Notes under the pieces: model-generated
What the model was told of the DNA's origin: nothing
The model's database searches: none
What the model saw: the letters and a program-made list of their open reading frames with translations, nothing else
Source: a virus
Virus record (IMG/VR): IMGVR_UViG_3300020048_000024
Location: 64,001-128,000 of that record
Direction: 5' to 3' (one strand)
DNA length: 64,000 nucleotides
Program-made: the position numbers and the translations under genes
Shown here: positions 1 through 10,704 of the stretch, piece by piece
How the letters are laid out: the number at the start of each line of letters is the position of its first letter
Numbering within the stretch: the first letter of the stretch is position 1

Positions 1-1
1 T

Positions 2-1246
2 AAAGTTGTAAGTTTAGAAGAAATTAAAGCAAACCCAAGCTCACTACATAACAGCGAATGGAAAAAGCAACAGCGTAAAGAAATGCTAGAGGGTAATCGC
101 CCAAAAGAATGTAGTTACTGCTGGGACATTGAAGATTTGTCGGGAGATCATATTAGTGACAGACCGATTCGAAGCGCAGAAGATTGGGCAGTACCGCTAA
201 TTGAAGAAACTACAAAATTGGATTGGAAAGCGGATGTAGATCCTCGTTATCTAGAAGTTAACTTTGGATACGAATGTCAATTGAAATGTAGCTATTGTAC
301 TACTAGTATCAGTAGTGCTTGGCATCAAGAAATTAAAAAATACGGAATGTATGAACTAGAAAATCCACAAAGCAAACATCAATATAGCATTGATTATATA
401 TCCAACGGGGGAAATTTTTATCCCAAAGAAGATGAGAATCCATATATTGAAGCATTTTGGAAGTGGTTGCCTAATGTGTATAATAATTTACATACATTCA
501 GAATAACTGGCGGAGAACCGTTGTTGAGTAAGAACGTATTTAAAGTACTAGATCACATTGACAATAATCCAAATCCAAATTTGACATTTGCTATTAATAG
601 TAATATGTGCGTTCCTGAGAGAAACATTAATAAGTTTGTAGACGCGGCCTACAAGTTAAAGACAGAAAATAAAATACACAGAATAGAACTATTTACAAGT
701 GTAGATACATGGGGCCCTCAGTCTGAATATATACGTAATGGTTTTGATATGGATAAATGGTTGTCAAATATAGACTTATATCTTTCTAAAGTTCCTGGAA
801 CTATGGTGTCATTAATGATAACGTTCTGCTTTATGAGTATTCCGAATTTTAAGCTGTTACTTGACAAGATTCTAGAATTAAGAGCAAAATATAATGATCG
901 TTATCCTCGAATTGAATTTGATACTCCATACTTAATAGAACCTCCTCATTTGTCAGCTCAATTAGCAACTGATGAGCACATTGCTCATTTAAATGATACA
1001 CTGGATTATATGAAGCAATTTGTACGTCCTGGTTATGCCCCGTTATTTTTTAGTCAAACTGAATATGAAAAGTTTGAACGAGTTATTCGTTGGATTGAAA
1101 ATAACAGATATCAGGGTAATATGTTACGAGTCAATAGAAAAGATTTTGTCAAGTTTGTTGATGAACATGATAAACGTCGAGGAACAGATTTCTTGTCTAC
1201 GTTTCCAGAGCTTGAAAAAGACTATATAGAATGGAAAAATTCATGA
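2..1246 (+). CDS. Radical SAM protein (5'-truncated at window edge)
   Basis: CxxxCxxC motif CQLKCSYC and GGEP motif; the frame is open from position 2, upstream of the listed Met at 83. Confidence 0.85.
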   Translation, partial: KVVSLEEIKANPSSLHNSEWKKQQRKEMLEGNRPKECSYCWDIEDLSGDHISDRPIRSAEDWAVPLIEETTKLDWKADVDPRYLEVNFGYECQLKCSYCTTSISSAWHQEIKKYGMYELENPQSKHQYSIDYISNGGNFYPKEDENPYIEAFWKWLPNVYNNLHTFRITGGEPLLSKNVFKVLDHIDNNPNPNLTFAINSNMCVPERNINKFVDAAYKLKTENKIHRIELFTSVDTWGPQSEYIRNGFDMDKWLSNIDLYLSKVPGTMVSLMITFCFMSIPNFKLLLDKILELRAKYNDRYPRIEFDTPYLIEPPHLSAQLATDEHIAHLNDTLDYMKQFVRPGYAPLFFSQTEYEKFERVIRWIENNRYQGNMLRVNRKDFVKFVDEHDKRRGTDFLSTFPELEKDYIEWKNS

Positions 1247-1818
1247 ATTCATTGATCTTAGATTCTTTAATTACAGAATCTCCTATGTGTTGTTTTTCAT
1301 GGCCGATGTCTGACATTAATATTATTGATCAAGAATTTTTAAAAATACCCGATCATAATTTTCAGGGCGATGATAAAAGAAAATTTATTATTAATTATAA
1401 TTGGGGTGTTGCAACTAAATCAATGATTCAGATTCACTCAAGTTTTCAAAAAAATAAACACGTATTGATTGACAAATTATTAGAGACTGGATTGTGGTAC
1501 ATGCCACATCACAGAGATAAATTATATGAAAATTTGAAATTGTCAATTTGCGCTCAACATGATCAGCCGGGGTTTAAAATGGACTGGCATTTAGATCAAC
1601 GATTGATATTTGCTAATGGTATATTAAATATATCAGAGAATGAATCTAATACTGATTTTAGTACTACTAAATCACCGGATAATATATATTATACATTACC
1701 CGGCACTGCCGGCACTGGAATATTTTGGCTGTCAACTGAAAAGAATTACCATAGAGTTCGTCCATTTACTCGAAATAGACGATGTATAACATTTACATTG
1801 TCCTTTTATCCACTATAA
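1243..1818 (+). CDS. Putative 2OG-Fe(II) oxygenase-fold protein
   Basis: WHLD (HxD), distal HRV and R-x-x-x-x-F pattern; start taken at the ATGA overlap. Confidence 0.5.
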   Translation: MNSLILDSLITESPMCCFSWPMSDINIIDQEFLKIPDHNFQGDDKRKFIINYNWGVATKSMIQIHSSFQKNKHVLIDKLLETGLWYMPHHRDKLYENLKLSICAQHDQPGFKMDWHLDQRLIFANGILNISENESNTDFSTTKSPDNIYYTLPGTAGTGIFWLSTEKNYHRVRPFTRNRRCITFTLSFYPL

Positions 1819-3015
1819 ATAAAGTTTGTCCATTGCATTATTAGTTCCACACACTTCTGCGCAGTATGCCATTTTACCGTGTTGAATATTATCCTTAGAC
1901 CAACTGTCCGTGAATATTTGATCTAAGATTCCAGATTCCAATATATCTTTAATATTTCTCTTATTAAGATCAAGTTCGTCCATTCTCTGATTAATCTTAG
2001 ATTTAAGTTGATGATCTATAAAATAATCAATGCTCGCGTCGAATCTTGTTCCAACAAAACAACATGGCAACAATAAACCGTTAGCACTGACATACACTTC
2101 CGAATGTTGATGAGTATCGAATATTTGATGACTACGACATTTAATTTTTTTGGCAGATAATTCGTTACTATAATCACCTAACTCAACGTGTCGGTCATCC
2201 GTGCATTCAGATGTTCTTTGTTTGATTCTAGGGAAAAATTTAATTTCTTTTGCTTGAGTGTATTCACTCAAATCTACCGGATCAAAATCCATATCTTTAA
2301 ATACAGATTGATCACTAGCATTTTGATATTCCTCTGCTACTGGAGGATATATTTTATACTCTAGTTCACCCTTTTTGTTATAAACTCCCATTGGAATAAT
2401 AGATTTGTCATTTGGATGATCAAACCCAAAGGCACGTTTAGGCAAAAAGTCTTGAAATCCTAAATCATTGGCCAACTGTTTTGCTTCTGCAAGCTGATGC
2501 TCGTTATGTCCAAAAATAAGCCATTCCCAGTATGCTCGACCACCAGCACCGATAAAGGCGTTAATATTGCGCATTAATATAGTCCAATCAACGTTACGTC
2601 TGTATAAGTGATTAGTATCTTCTAGCCCATCTACAGACCAAACCAATTGCATCTTAGGATGATCAAATAACTTCCCCATTTTAGTCCAAAACTCCACTGA
2701 GCGTGTTCCTCCATTAGTATGAACACGCTGTAAACATTTAGGATTTATCTGATGAACATATTCGAAAATTTCGTAACAGTCTTTAGCCATCATTGGGTCA
2801 CCCATTGTGCCGCAAAATGCTATTCTTTTGAGATTTCTAATAATATCTTCAGGAAAATATTTTTTAAAGTTATCAAATGTTATTGAATTTAATTTTAAAT
2901 CTGGTCTTACTAAATCTGTTCCTTTATAGTAACGCTGACATGTCGGACATGCAGCATTACAATGAGAAGACAGTTCTATATGTAATTGACCTAGTTGTAA
3001 TGTTTTCCAGTTCAT
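1813..3015 (-). CDS. Radical SAM protein with SPASM/twitch-like C-terminus
   Basis: CNAACPTC, GDP, HTNG, SVDG, LLPCC and a terminal CxxxC. Confidence 0.85.
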   Translation of the reverse strand: MNWKTLQLGQLHIELSSHCNAACPTCQRYYKGTDLVRPDLKLNSITFDNFKKYFPEDIIRNLKRIAFCGTMGDPMMAKDCYEIFEYVHQINPKCLQRVHTNGGTRSVEFWTKMGKLFDHPKMQLVWSVDGLEDTNHLYRRNVDWTILMRNINAFIGAGGRAYWEWLIFGHNEHQLAEAKQLANDLGFQDFLPKRAFGFDHPNDKSIIPMGVYNKKGELEYKIYPPVAEEYQNASDQSVFKDMDFDPVDLSEYTQAKEIKFFPRIKQRTSECTDDRHVELGDYSNELSAKKIKCRSHQIFDTHQHSEVYVSANGLLLPCCFVGTRFDASIDYFIDHQLKSKINQRMDELDLNKRNIKDILESGILDQIFTDSWSKDNIQHGKMAYCAEVCGTNNAMDKLYL

Positions 3016-3025
3016 AATATCTTTA

Positions 3026-4231
3026 TTATTCAGTTATAGATCGGACAATATTATTTAATATTGTTAGTTTGTTTTTGTTAAATTGATTATCTTGTAGTGC
3101 TTCTTTATTGTGTACTAACGTTTCTCTGTCTTGAAGCAGCCAGTCAACTCGCTGTGAAATTGACATCATTGACAATTGATCATGCAAAACTTCTAACTGC
3201 TCAATTTGACTATCAATTCTATCAAAGTGACACTGTGTAGAGTCGAAACTTAAATCAAAATATTTGTCATACGTTTTAAATCCGATTTGTTTCAAAGAAA
3301 CATTGATTTCTGGTTGTCCAAATATTATTACTGGATGATAATGATTCATCGGTTTAAATGTTTTTTCACTGAAAAATAAACTAGACTCATTATATGTTTC
3401 AAATAGTGTTTCGGAAACTAAGCTAATCATTGATTCATCGAACAATTTAGTCGAACTTTCACCGGCCCAGTTTCTATCAAAGTCAGAAAAATCTAAGATT
3501 GAAGGAGAAGATTCAATTAATTTCTCAAACACATTTAAGTCCATCGAATCATTTCCTAATCTATCATAGTCACTTAAGTCCAATTTGTCATAACTTATTA
3601 GTGTATTGTTTTTAAATTTAGATTTAAATATTTTATATATAGTATATATACGATGAAATCTCTTTCTTCTATTTAAAGACAAAAACATTTTTTGATTTTC
3701 TTTAACATTGTTCACAGCATCATCTATAGTTTTTATCTGAATATTATGTCGTTCGGTATTATACCTATAAGAATTGAATGTATATGAGCTAAACAAATTG
3801 AAAGATATTACGTTTATTCGATCATTTGGATAATATTGTTTTTGCCAAAGATCGTAGCTTATTTCTTCTTTAAGATTACTACTGGTAAAAAATAATTTTT
3901 CTCTTGGTATGTCATAACGTAACGCTGACAATGTTAATAATTCCCAAAAATTATAATCATGATAACTGTGACCTTCCCATAAAAAATTAAACATAAACAA
4001 TGTAGTCGGGCATGTTCGAAGACGAATTATTTCTTCAGTAGATAATTGAGAAAAAATATCATATGTGTTTGAATAATATACAGGGTCATTTTTTGCAAAA
4101 TACGGAGAATTCATTTGTAAAATAATCCATTCTACATTTAGTATCGGATCATTATTATTACGATCAACTTGTAATGATCGGATCTTTTCTTGAATGTTGC
4201 TTCTTGCAAAAATTTGATAGGTATTTGTCAT
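3026..4231 (-). CDS. Hypothetical protein, possibly glycosyltransferase-like
   Basis: 401-aa ORF with LNR..R.HR and SEKTFKP motifs, inside a glycan-gene cluster. Confidence 0.45.
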   Translation of the reverse strand: MTNTYQIFARSNIQEKIRSLQVDRNNNDPILNVEWIILQMNSPYFAKNDPVYYSNTYDIFSQLSTEEIIRLRTCPTTLFMFNFLWEGHSYHDYNFWELLTLSALRYDIPREKLFFTSSNLKEEISYDLWQKQYYPNDRINVISFNLFSSYTFNSYRYNTERHNIQIKTIDDAVNNVKENQKMFLSLNRRKRFHRIYTIYKIFKSKFKNNTLISYDKLDLSDYDRLGNDSMDLNVFEKLIESSPSILDFSDFDRNWAGESSTKLFDESMISLVSETLFETYNESSLFFSEKTFKPMNHYHPVIIFGQPEINVSLKQIGFKTYDKYFDLSFDSTQCHFDRIDSQIEQLEVLHDQLSMMSISQRVDWLLQDRETLVHNKEALQDNQFNKNKLTILNNIVRSITE

Positions 4232-4286
4232 GATGAATAGTTAAATGATAAATATATTTATCTAGAGTTGACCTTAGGAATTTTAA

Positions 4287-5513
4287 ATGAACATTGGATT
4301 TATAGGATTAGGAAAGTTAGGATTGCCATGCTCAGAAGTAATGGCAGAATACTACAATGTCAGTGGATATGACATTATGCCCGTAGATACAACTTCATCA
4401 TTGACAATTACAAATACTATTGCTGAAGCAGTTATTAACAAAGATTTAATTTTTGTAGCAGTACCTACGCCTCATGATCCAGTATACGGCGGCGGAACTC
4501 CAATAGCTAATTTACCCTCTAAAGATTTTGACTATAGTATAGTTCAGAATGTACTGACAGAAATCAATCAATATGTTACTAGTGATCAATTAGTAGTGCT
4601 GATCAGTACAGTGCTTCCGGGAACTGTAAGAAATCACTTAGTTAAATGTATTACTAACGCTCGTTTTATATATAATCCTTATCTAATTGCAATGGGCAGT
4701 GTAAAATGGGACATGATTAACCCAGAGTGTATTATAATTGGAACAGAAGATGGGTCATGTACTGGAGATGCTAAGATTCTGTCAGAATTCTATGAACCAA
4801 TTATGAAAAATAATCCACGAATTAATATCGGTACATGGGACGAGGCAGAAGCAATTAAAGTTTTCTATAATACGTTCATTAGCGTTAAGATAGGTTTAGT
4901 GAATATGATTCAAGATGTAGCTGAAAAAAATGGTAATATAAATGTAGATGTAGTAACTGATGCTCTTAAAGCAGCGACTCAGCGTATTACTGGACCCAAA
5001 TATTTAACTGCTGGTATGGGAGACGCAGGCGCTTGTCATCCACGAGATAATATAGCATTGAGTTCTTTAGCTGAACGATTAGATTTAGGTTATGATTTAT
5101 TTCACTCTATCATGAACAGTAGAGATCAGCAAGCAAAAAACATGGCATTAAAATTAGTAGCATTATCTAAAAAATATAACTTGCCTATTGTTATTCACGG
5201 TCGCGCATACAAGCCATATGTTGAATATACCATTGGTAGTTACAGTGAACTAGTAGGGCACTTTGTAGAAGAAGCAGGAGTGGAAGTGGCATATGCCGAC
5301 CCATTAACTGGAGATACATGGGGTGGTAAAGCCGTTATCTTAATGGCTCACAATCCCGCGGTTACATACTCAGGAACTGGAGTAGAGATTAAACCAAATC
5401 AGTTTTACTTTTACATTGAATCGGGTAGTATTATTCTAGATCCATGGCGCACAATTAAAGAAATTCCTGGATGTATCGTAATACATTATGGTAATACCAG
5501 AGCTAAAAAGTAA
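4287..5513 (+). CDS. ugd: UDP-glucose/GDP-mannose dehydrogenase
   Basis: GLGKLG Rossmann motif, VPTP, STV.PGT, KVFYN, catalytic GACHPRD, AYKP. Confidence 0.85.
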   Translation: MNIGFIGLGKLGLPCSEVMAEYYNVSGYDIMPVDTTSSLTITNTIAEAVINKDLIFVAVPTPHDPVYGGGTPIANLPSKDFDYSIVQNVLTEINQYVTSDQLVVLISTVLPGTVRNHLVKCITNARFIYNPYLIAMGSVKWDMINPECIIIGTEDGSCTGDAKILSEFYEPIMKNNPRINIGTWDEAEAIKVFYNTFISVKIGLVNMIQDVAEKNGNINVDVVTDALKAATQRITGPKYLTAGMGDAGACHPRDNIALSSLAERLDLGYDLFHSIMNSRDQQAKNMALKLVALSKKYNLPIVIHGRAYKPYVEYTIGSYSELVGHFVEEAGVEVAYADPLTGDTWGGKAVILMAHNPAVTYSGTGVEIKPNQFYFYIESGSIILDPWRTIKEIPGCIVIHYGNTRAKK

Positions 5514-5515
5514 TA

Positions 5516-6142
5516 CTACTTGTGCCAAATGCTCATATAACGAGTATATTCAGTTGTATGAAACTGCCCAGAAAATATCGGTTCATGTACATGATTCATG
5601 TTTTCAAACTCTCTTAAATCATTGCTACATCTGATGTGTTCTTTACATGTAAAGAAGTTGTTACCTTGAACTACTACTAACGAGCCAGGCGTAATATTAT
5701 TGAACCATTGATCATACACTGTTTGAGTGACATGCTCACTACTAGTATTGATAACAATGTCACTTGAAATCGCCCAGTCATAATCATAAGAACTCATATC
5801 TGCTGATAGTGCTTTGAATCTCCATCCATCCATTTCGTATTGTTTGTTGACAGTGTCTGCTACTTTTTCACACCATGGGTCTATGTCAATGCTACGAATC
5901 TTTTTAATTGGAAGAGTACTGTTAAACATCATGCTAGCAAGAACGCCGATCCATCCTCCAAAAATATATACATTACTAGGCTTAGTTACATATCCAGTTA
6001 ACGTTTCTACTAACCACGCTTTGCTTTGTAATTGACCTGACCACATTGCATCTAATGCTCGTGTTCGTTCACTATCTGATAAATTTCTAATAGCATTGAA
6101 CCAGTATACTAAGTCTTTCGTGCAAATTGAAGTGGATGTCAT
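5516..6142 (-). CDS. Class I SAM-dependent methyltransferase
   Basis: IFGGWIG motif I, SIDID motif II, INTSSEH. Confidence 0.7.
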   Translation of the reverse strand: MTSTSICTKDLVYWFNAIRNLSDSERTRALDAMWSGQLQSKAWLVETLTGYVTKPSNVYIFGGWIGVLASMMFNSTLPIKKIRSIDIDPWCEKVADTVNKQYEMDGWRFKALSADMSSYDYDWAISSDIVINTSSEHVTQTVYDQWFNNITPGSLVVVQGNNFFTCKEHIRCSNDLREFENMNHVHEPIFSGQFHTTEYTRYMSIWHK

Positions 6143-6199
6143 AGAAATATTTAGCTGAGTGAATCACTGATTAAATATAATGATGAAAAGAGAATTAAA

Positions 6200-9100
6200 A
6201 TGATAGACAAAGAAGAACTAATTCGTCGAAAGAAACTTTGGGAAGCTGGATATTGGGAAATTCCTGATAATCTAGATACTAGTAATTTTAATTTCGATTG
6301 GAGACCGTTTGAGTATGATCGCCCTTATATACATCAATTTGGCACTCAATGGCAAGAAATAGGCGGTCCGAGATTCATTGTTCCGGAAGACGAAGGCGTA
6401 AAATATCAATCAGATCAGCATGCAATAGTTATTGGAGTGATGCAAAACTGGAACGTATTAATTCCAATAGATGAATCGTTTGACTTTAAATGGAGTCCAC
6501 ATCCGCACGAGCCACCGCTAATATATGTATGGGGCAATCAGTGGAATGATGCCATTACTGAGCCTACTGTAGAGTATAGAATGCCGGGTGCTACTGATAG
6601 AAAGTACATGACTGATATGATTGCTACAGTTACTTCTACTACTGATAATTGGAAAGTATTAATTGATAAAGCAACAATTGATCAAAGTTGGAGACCTAAT
6701 CCATACGAGCCGCCGCTAATATATGTATGGGGTAATCAGTGGAATGACGCGGCTACTGAGCCTACTGTAGAATATCATGTAGCTGGTGCTACTGATAGAA
6801 AGTACATGACTGATATGATTGCTACTGTTACTTCTACTACTGATAATTGGAAAGTGCTGATAGACGGAGCTACTATTGATCAAAGTTGGAGACCTAATCC
6901 ATATGATCCCTCTTATATATATGTATTTGGAAATAAATGGAACGATGCAACTATTGAACCTACTGTAGAATATCATGTAGCTGGTGCTACTGATAGAAAG
7001 TACATGACTGATATTATTGCTGATCTGATCCCTGCTATTGACAAATGGAACGTGTTGATAGATGGCGCCAGCATTGATTTTAGTTGGAGACCTAATCCAT
7101 ATGATCCACCGTTAATATATGTATTTGGTAATAAATGGAATGATTCTGCTACTGAGCCTACTATAGAATATCATGCTGATAACGCAACTGATAGAAAGTA
7201 CATGACTGACATTGTTGCTGATCTTATTCCTACAATTGAGAAATGGACAGTGTCTGATACTGATCATCATGACATTTTTGATTTTAGTTGGAGACCAAAT
7301 CCTTTTAGTCCTCCTCAAATTTATCAATGGGAAAACAATGGACCGGTATATACCGAGTATAATGCTACTGAAATTGTACTAGTATCTAATGAAGATGCTC
7401 GATATAGCTATATTGACAAAGTTTCTAAATATTATATCACTACGACGTTAAATGACTTGATAGAGCAACATCCGAATGAGGTTTTTTGGGCATTGAACAG
7501 TGAATTGAATTATAATAAATTTGATTTTGATTGGTCTCCAAATTTAGAAAACTTCAGACATACTAACGTATTCGGAACATCACTGAGTAAAGATGTGTCT
7601 ACATATTACGTCAATGGACCGATGTGGGCAAAAGGATTTAGAGAATTTAATTACGTAGATTATGAACTTGACATTGTTACTGACATTGATATCTTTTATA
7701 TAGATAGAGGAAACAATACTGATCAGTACAAAGAATTACTGTTAAAATTTCCAAAATTACACAAAACTAGATTTGCTAACAGTTGGATTGATACTATTAA
7801 TCGTTGTATAAAAAAATCTACCACTAAGCTTATTTGGGTGTTAAGTAGCGACGTGGACTATAGTGACTTTAAATTTGACTTTTATCCGTCTGAATGGCAA
7901 CGAAAGATGATTCATATTTTTGGAACTCAGTGGTCTCACTGGGGTAATACTTATATGATCAACACGGAAACATTTGACATTGATACTAAGTATCTAGAAC
8001 AAATAGAACATGCTAAAAATATTAATTTTGTCAGACGCCGACGAGCAAAAATATCTCAGTGTTTAAACGACATTATATACATTGACTTTGGAAACAAATC
8101 TGATTCATTATCTCAATTGAAGACTAAGTGTATTGATAGAGAAATAACTATATTATCTTATGACTTAAGTTATGTAAACACGTTAACTCAATGGGCCAAT
8201 AGTAAAACAGATTATGAAATCAAACAAGAACATAATATGTGGGTTTGCTCTAGCTTGTGTGATTACGAAAATTTTGATTTTACATGGGATAGAGATCCAT
8301 ATCAGTTTAGTCAAATTCATGTATTTTCCAGCAAATTTGATAATTCTAAACAGAAATTTGGCGATACGTTTTTTATTAATTTACGTGAGTTTAGGAAAGA
8401 AAGTAATAGTTTAATTAAATTAGAAAATTATAGTGCTTCGGTTAATTATATTGGACATATATCCGTTCCTAGAATACAATGTCCTATATTATATCATGAG
8501 TATGATAGTCAAGCTACTGCTATTAATAATATTTCTGACAGAAATTGGCCATACTATGAATTGATTGTTAAAGATACAGTTACTAATAAACATAGTGTTG
8601 TGCCTAATATGTGGGACTCATCTGAATATGAGATTATCACTACTAGCACAGGATCATCTAGAATTTTTGTTCCAGATGTGGCAATTGATGTAATACATTC
8701 AGAAGTCTATGAGTATCCCAATCTGATAATATCAGAGCCGTTAGATACGTCTAATCCATTGGACATTGTATTCATAAGTAACGGTGAACCATCTGCCGAT
8801 AGTAACTATGAACGTTTATTAGAAATTGCAGCCGCTAATAAATTATCAAATCGTATTGTCAGAGTTAAAGACGTGAAAGGACGTGTCGCTAGTCAACACG
8901 CAGCCGCAAATGTAAGTCAGACTGCATGGTACTTTTTGATCAATGGTAAATTAGAAGTTAATACTGAATTTGATTTCAGTTGGCAGCCAGATAGATTGCA
9001 ACGAGCAAAGCATTATATCTTTAAGGCTATTAATCCAGTCAATGATTTGGAATATGGTCATCAAGCAATCGTAGCAAATAATCGAACACTTACCTTAGAT

Positions 9101-9433
9101 ACAATAGTTCAGGGATTAGATTTTACACTTGACAGTCCACATGAAACTGTAGACGCTAATTGCGGAGTAGCAAGATTTAATACTGATCCATGGACTACAT
9201 GGCGTACAGCGTTTCGAGAAGCGATTAAGTTGAGTTATAATACAGATGAGGCTTCAGTTGATAGATTGAATACATGGCTCACGATTGGCAACGGAGATAA
9301 TGGTGAATGGTCTATCAAAGGTGCACAAGACGCGGTAGCATACTATGATAAAGTCAAGGGCAATTTAACTGAGCTTATGAAGAGTTATGATTGGAAATGG
9401 TTAGAAAAATTATATAAAAAGACTTACTGTTGA
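6200..9433 (+). CDS. Large Trp/Pro-rich repeat protein with C-terminal glycosyltransferase-like domain
   Basis: 66-aa tandem repeats, then degenerate FDFxW modules; C-terminal DIVFISNGE...VKGRVASQHAAA is GT2-like. Confidence 0.55.
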   Translation: MIDKEELIRRKKLWEAGYWEIPDNLDTSNFNFDWRPFEYDRPYIHQFGTQWQEIGGPRFIVPEDEGVKYQSDQHAIVIGVMQNWNVLIPIDESFDFKWSPHPHEPPLIYVWGNQWNDAITEPTVEYRMPGATDRKYMTDMIATVTSTTDNWKVLIDKATIDQSWRPNPYEPPLIYVWGNQWNDAATEPTVEYHVAGATDRKYMTDMIATVTSTTDNWKVLIDGATIDQSWRPNPYDPSYIYVFGNKWNDATIEPTVEYHVAGATDRKYMTDIIADLIPAIDKWNVLIDGASIDFSWRPNPYDPPLIYVFGNKWNDSATEPTIEYHADNATDRKYMTDIVADLIPTIEKWTVSDTDHHDIFDFSWRPNPFSPPQIYQWENNGPVYTEYNATEIVLVSNEDARYSYIDKVSKYYITTTLNDLIEQHPNEVFWALNSELNYNKFDFDWSPNLENFRHTNVFGTSLSKDVSTYYVNGPMWAKGFREFNYVDYELDIVTDIDIFYIDRGNNTDQYKELLLKFPKLHKTRFANSWIDTINRCIKKSTTKLIWVLSSDVDYSDFKFDFYPSEWQRKMIHIFGTQWSHWGNTYMINTETFDIDTKYLEQIEHAKNINFVRRRRAKISQCLNDIIYIDFGNKSDSLSQLKTKCIDREITILSYDLSYVNTLTQWANSKTDYEIKQEHNMWVCSSLCDYENFDFTWDRDPYQFSQIHVFSSKFDNSKQKFGDTFFINLREFRKESNSLIKLENYSASVNYIGHISVPRIQCPILYHEYDSQATAINNISDRNWPYYELIVKDTVTNKHSVVPNMWDSSEYEIITTSTGSSRIFVPDVAIDVIHSEVYEYPNLIISEPLDTSNPLDIVFISNGEPSADSNYERLLEIAAANKLSNRIVRVKDVKGRVASQHAAANVSQTAWYFLINGKLEVNTEFDFSWQPDRLQRAKHYIFKAINPVNDLEYGHQAIVANNRTLTLDTIVQGLDFTLDSPHETVDANCGVARFNTDPWTTWRTAFREAIKLSYNTDEASVDRLNTWLTIGNGDNGEWSIKGAQDAVAYYDKVKGNLTELMKSYDWKWLEKLYKKTYC
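6450..7320 (+). repeat. Four-plus tandem 198-bp (66-aa) intragenic repeats
   Basis: AAAGTACATG recurs at 6601, 6799, 6997 and 7195, an exact period of 198. Confidence 0.95.
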
Positions 9434-9456
9434 TTTTATTAAAATTTCTGTAATTT

Positions 9457-10704
9457 TCATTGGTCTCTATAAGCCATATTACGTTTTTGTGCTTGAAGAA
9501 CTTCACTACATGGATTAATTTTAGCTTTTGCAAGCAAATCTAAAGTTAGTCGTTCATCTAAACTAAATGCTGCCAGCTGAACCGCAGGAGTGGGCCAGAT
9601 ATTAGCATCAATGATCCATTTTAGTGCATGAACATATTTTTTTACTGCTAGTACTTGAACGGCTTGACTGGGTTTACGAACAGTTTGAAGAACAGACCAT
9701 AGACCATGAATGGATCGATTAACTACCCATAGCTGTAATTCTTCGCTAGGATTTCTTATTCCAGCAATAGCATCGGGATCACGTTTGCAAACTTCTAATT
9801 GAAAATCTTCTGGGGGATTTGGCATGAATCGTATATCTGTTGGATTAGCTAACACCCACTTCTTCTGATTATTCACACTCATATTTCTAAAACGTTCATG
9901 CTTAGAGGTCATGTAATCTTTTGTATGTGTGCCCTGTTCTGTGCTTTTAGCAATTTTGTGTGGCAAGTAATTTGGTCGATTGTGTACTTGTTTTACCACA
10001 TCAATGGCATCTGTACTAAAGAAAACACCTTGATATGGTTCACTTGTATGAATTATACCAAAGCCGTTATCCACAATCCCATCTATTCCAATAGCACGAA
10101 AGAGTTTATTCCATGATACTTCACTAGGCGGAAATTGATTTAACCCTGTAGGGAATTTTTTTTGTGCTTTAACTTTACCTAGTAGTTTTGAAACTTTCAT
10201 GGTTACGTACCAAAATCGACCACCTGCCATATGGTTAATTCTAGCTTTATCCTCTGCACTATTAATTATATTTTCAACTTCATCAACTGATGTTTTCCAA
10301 TCTTTTCCTGATTGTTGACTCCAGTATTCTGCTATCTTTTTATAATAGCCATTTGCTTCTTGATTATCCATTAGATCAATATCAATAATATTACCCTTAC
10401 ATTTGAATATATTGGCATATTCACTTTCTCCGGCAAATGGTAATACTCCCATTGACAAACTATTTGCAACTTTATCAACAACATACGCGGCCGGATATGC
10501 ATATATGCCGATTGGAGTTTTATATTTGCTTCGTGGATTGATACCTAGTTTATCTATTTCAGTAAATGAAATGAATAGATTGGCCACATTCTCTGAATTT
10601 TTAGACACATCACTTACTGCCCTAATCAATTCAGTGTTAGCCGTAAGCTTGGGATTTCGTTCCGGGTTTTTACGTAGTTCTGTTAGAATTTCTGTGATTT
10701 TCAT
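9457..10704 (-). CDS. Putative capsid-internal protein, possible ADP-ribosyltransferase-like domain plus C-terminal helical repeats
   Basis: N-terminus MKITEILTE; GIYAYP, GIDGIVD and EPYQGVFF motifs; about 23-aa PSEELQL-type repeats at the C-terminus. Confidence 0.4.
   Translation of the reverse strand: MKITEILTELRKNPERNPKLTANTELIRAVSDVSKNSENVANLFISFTEIDKLGINPRSKYKTPIGIYAYPAAYVVDKVANSLSMGVLPFAGESEYANIFKCKGNIIDIDLMDNQEANGYYKKIAEYWSQQSGKDWKTSVDEVENIINSAEDKARINHMAGGRFWYVTMKVSKLLGKVKAQKKFPTGLNQFPPSEVSWNKLFRAIGIDGIVDNGFGIIHTSEPYQGVFFSTDAIDVVKQVHNRPNYLPHKIAKSTEQGTHTKDYMTSKHERFRNMSVNNQKKWVLANPTDIRFMPNPPEDFQLEVCKRDPDAIAGIRNPSEELQLWVVNRSIHGLWSVLQTVRKPSQAVQVLAVKKYVHALKWIIDANIWPTPAVQLAAFSLDERLTLDLLAKAKINPCSEVLQAQKRNMAYRDQ

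Noticed and set aside
6450-7320. DGR template/variable repeat pair
   Set aside because: The repeats are tandem and in frame, differences are not adenine-specific, and no reverse transcriptase is in the window
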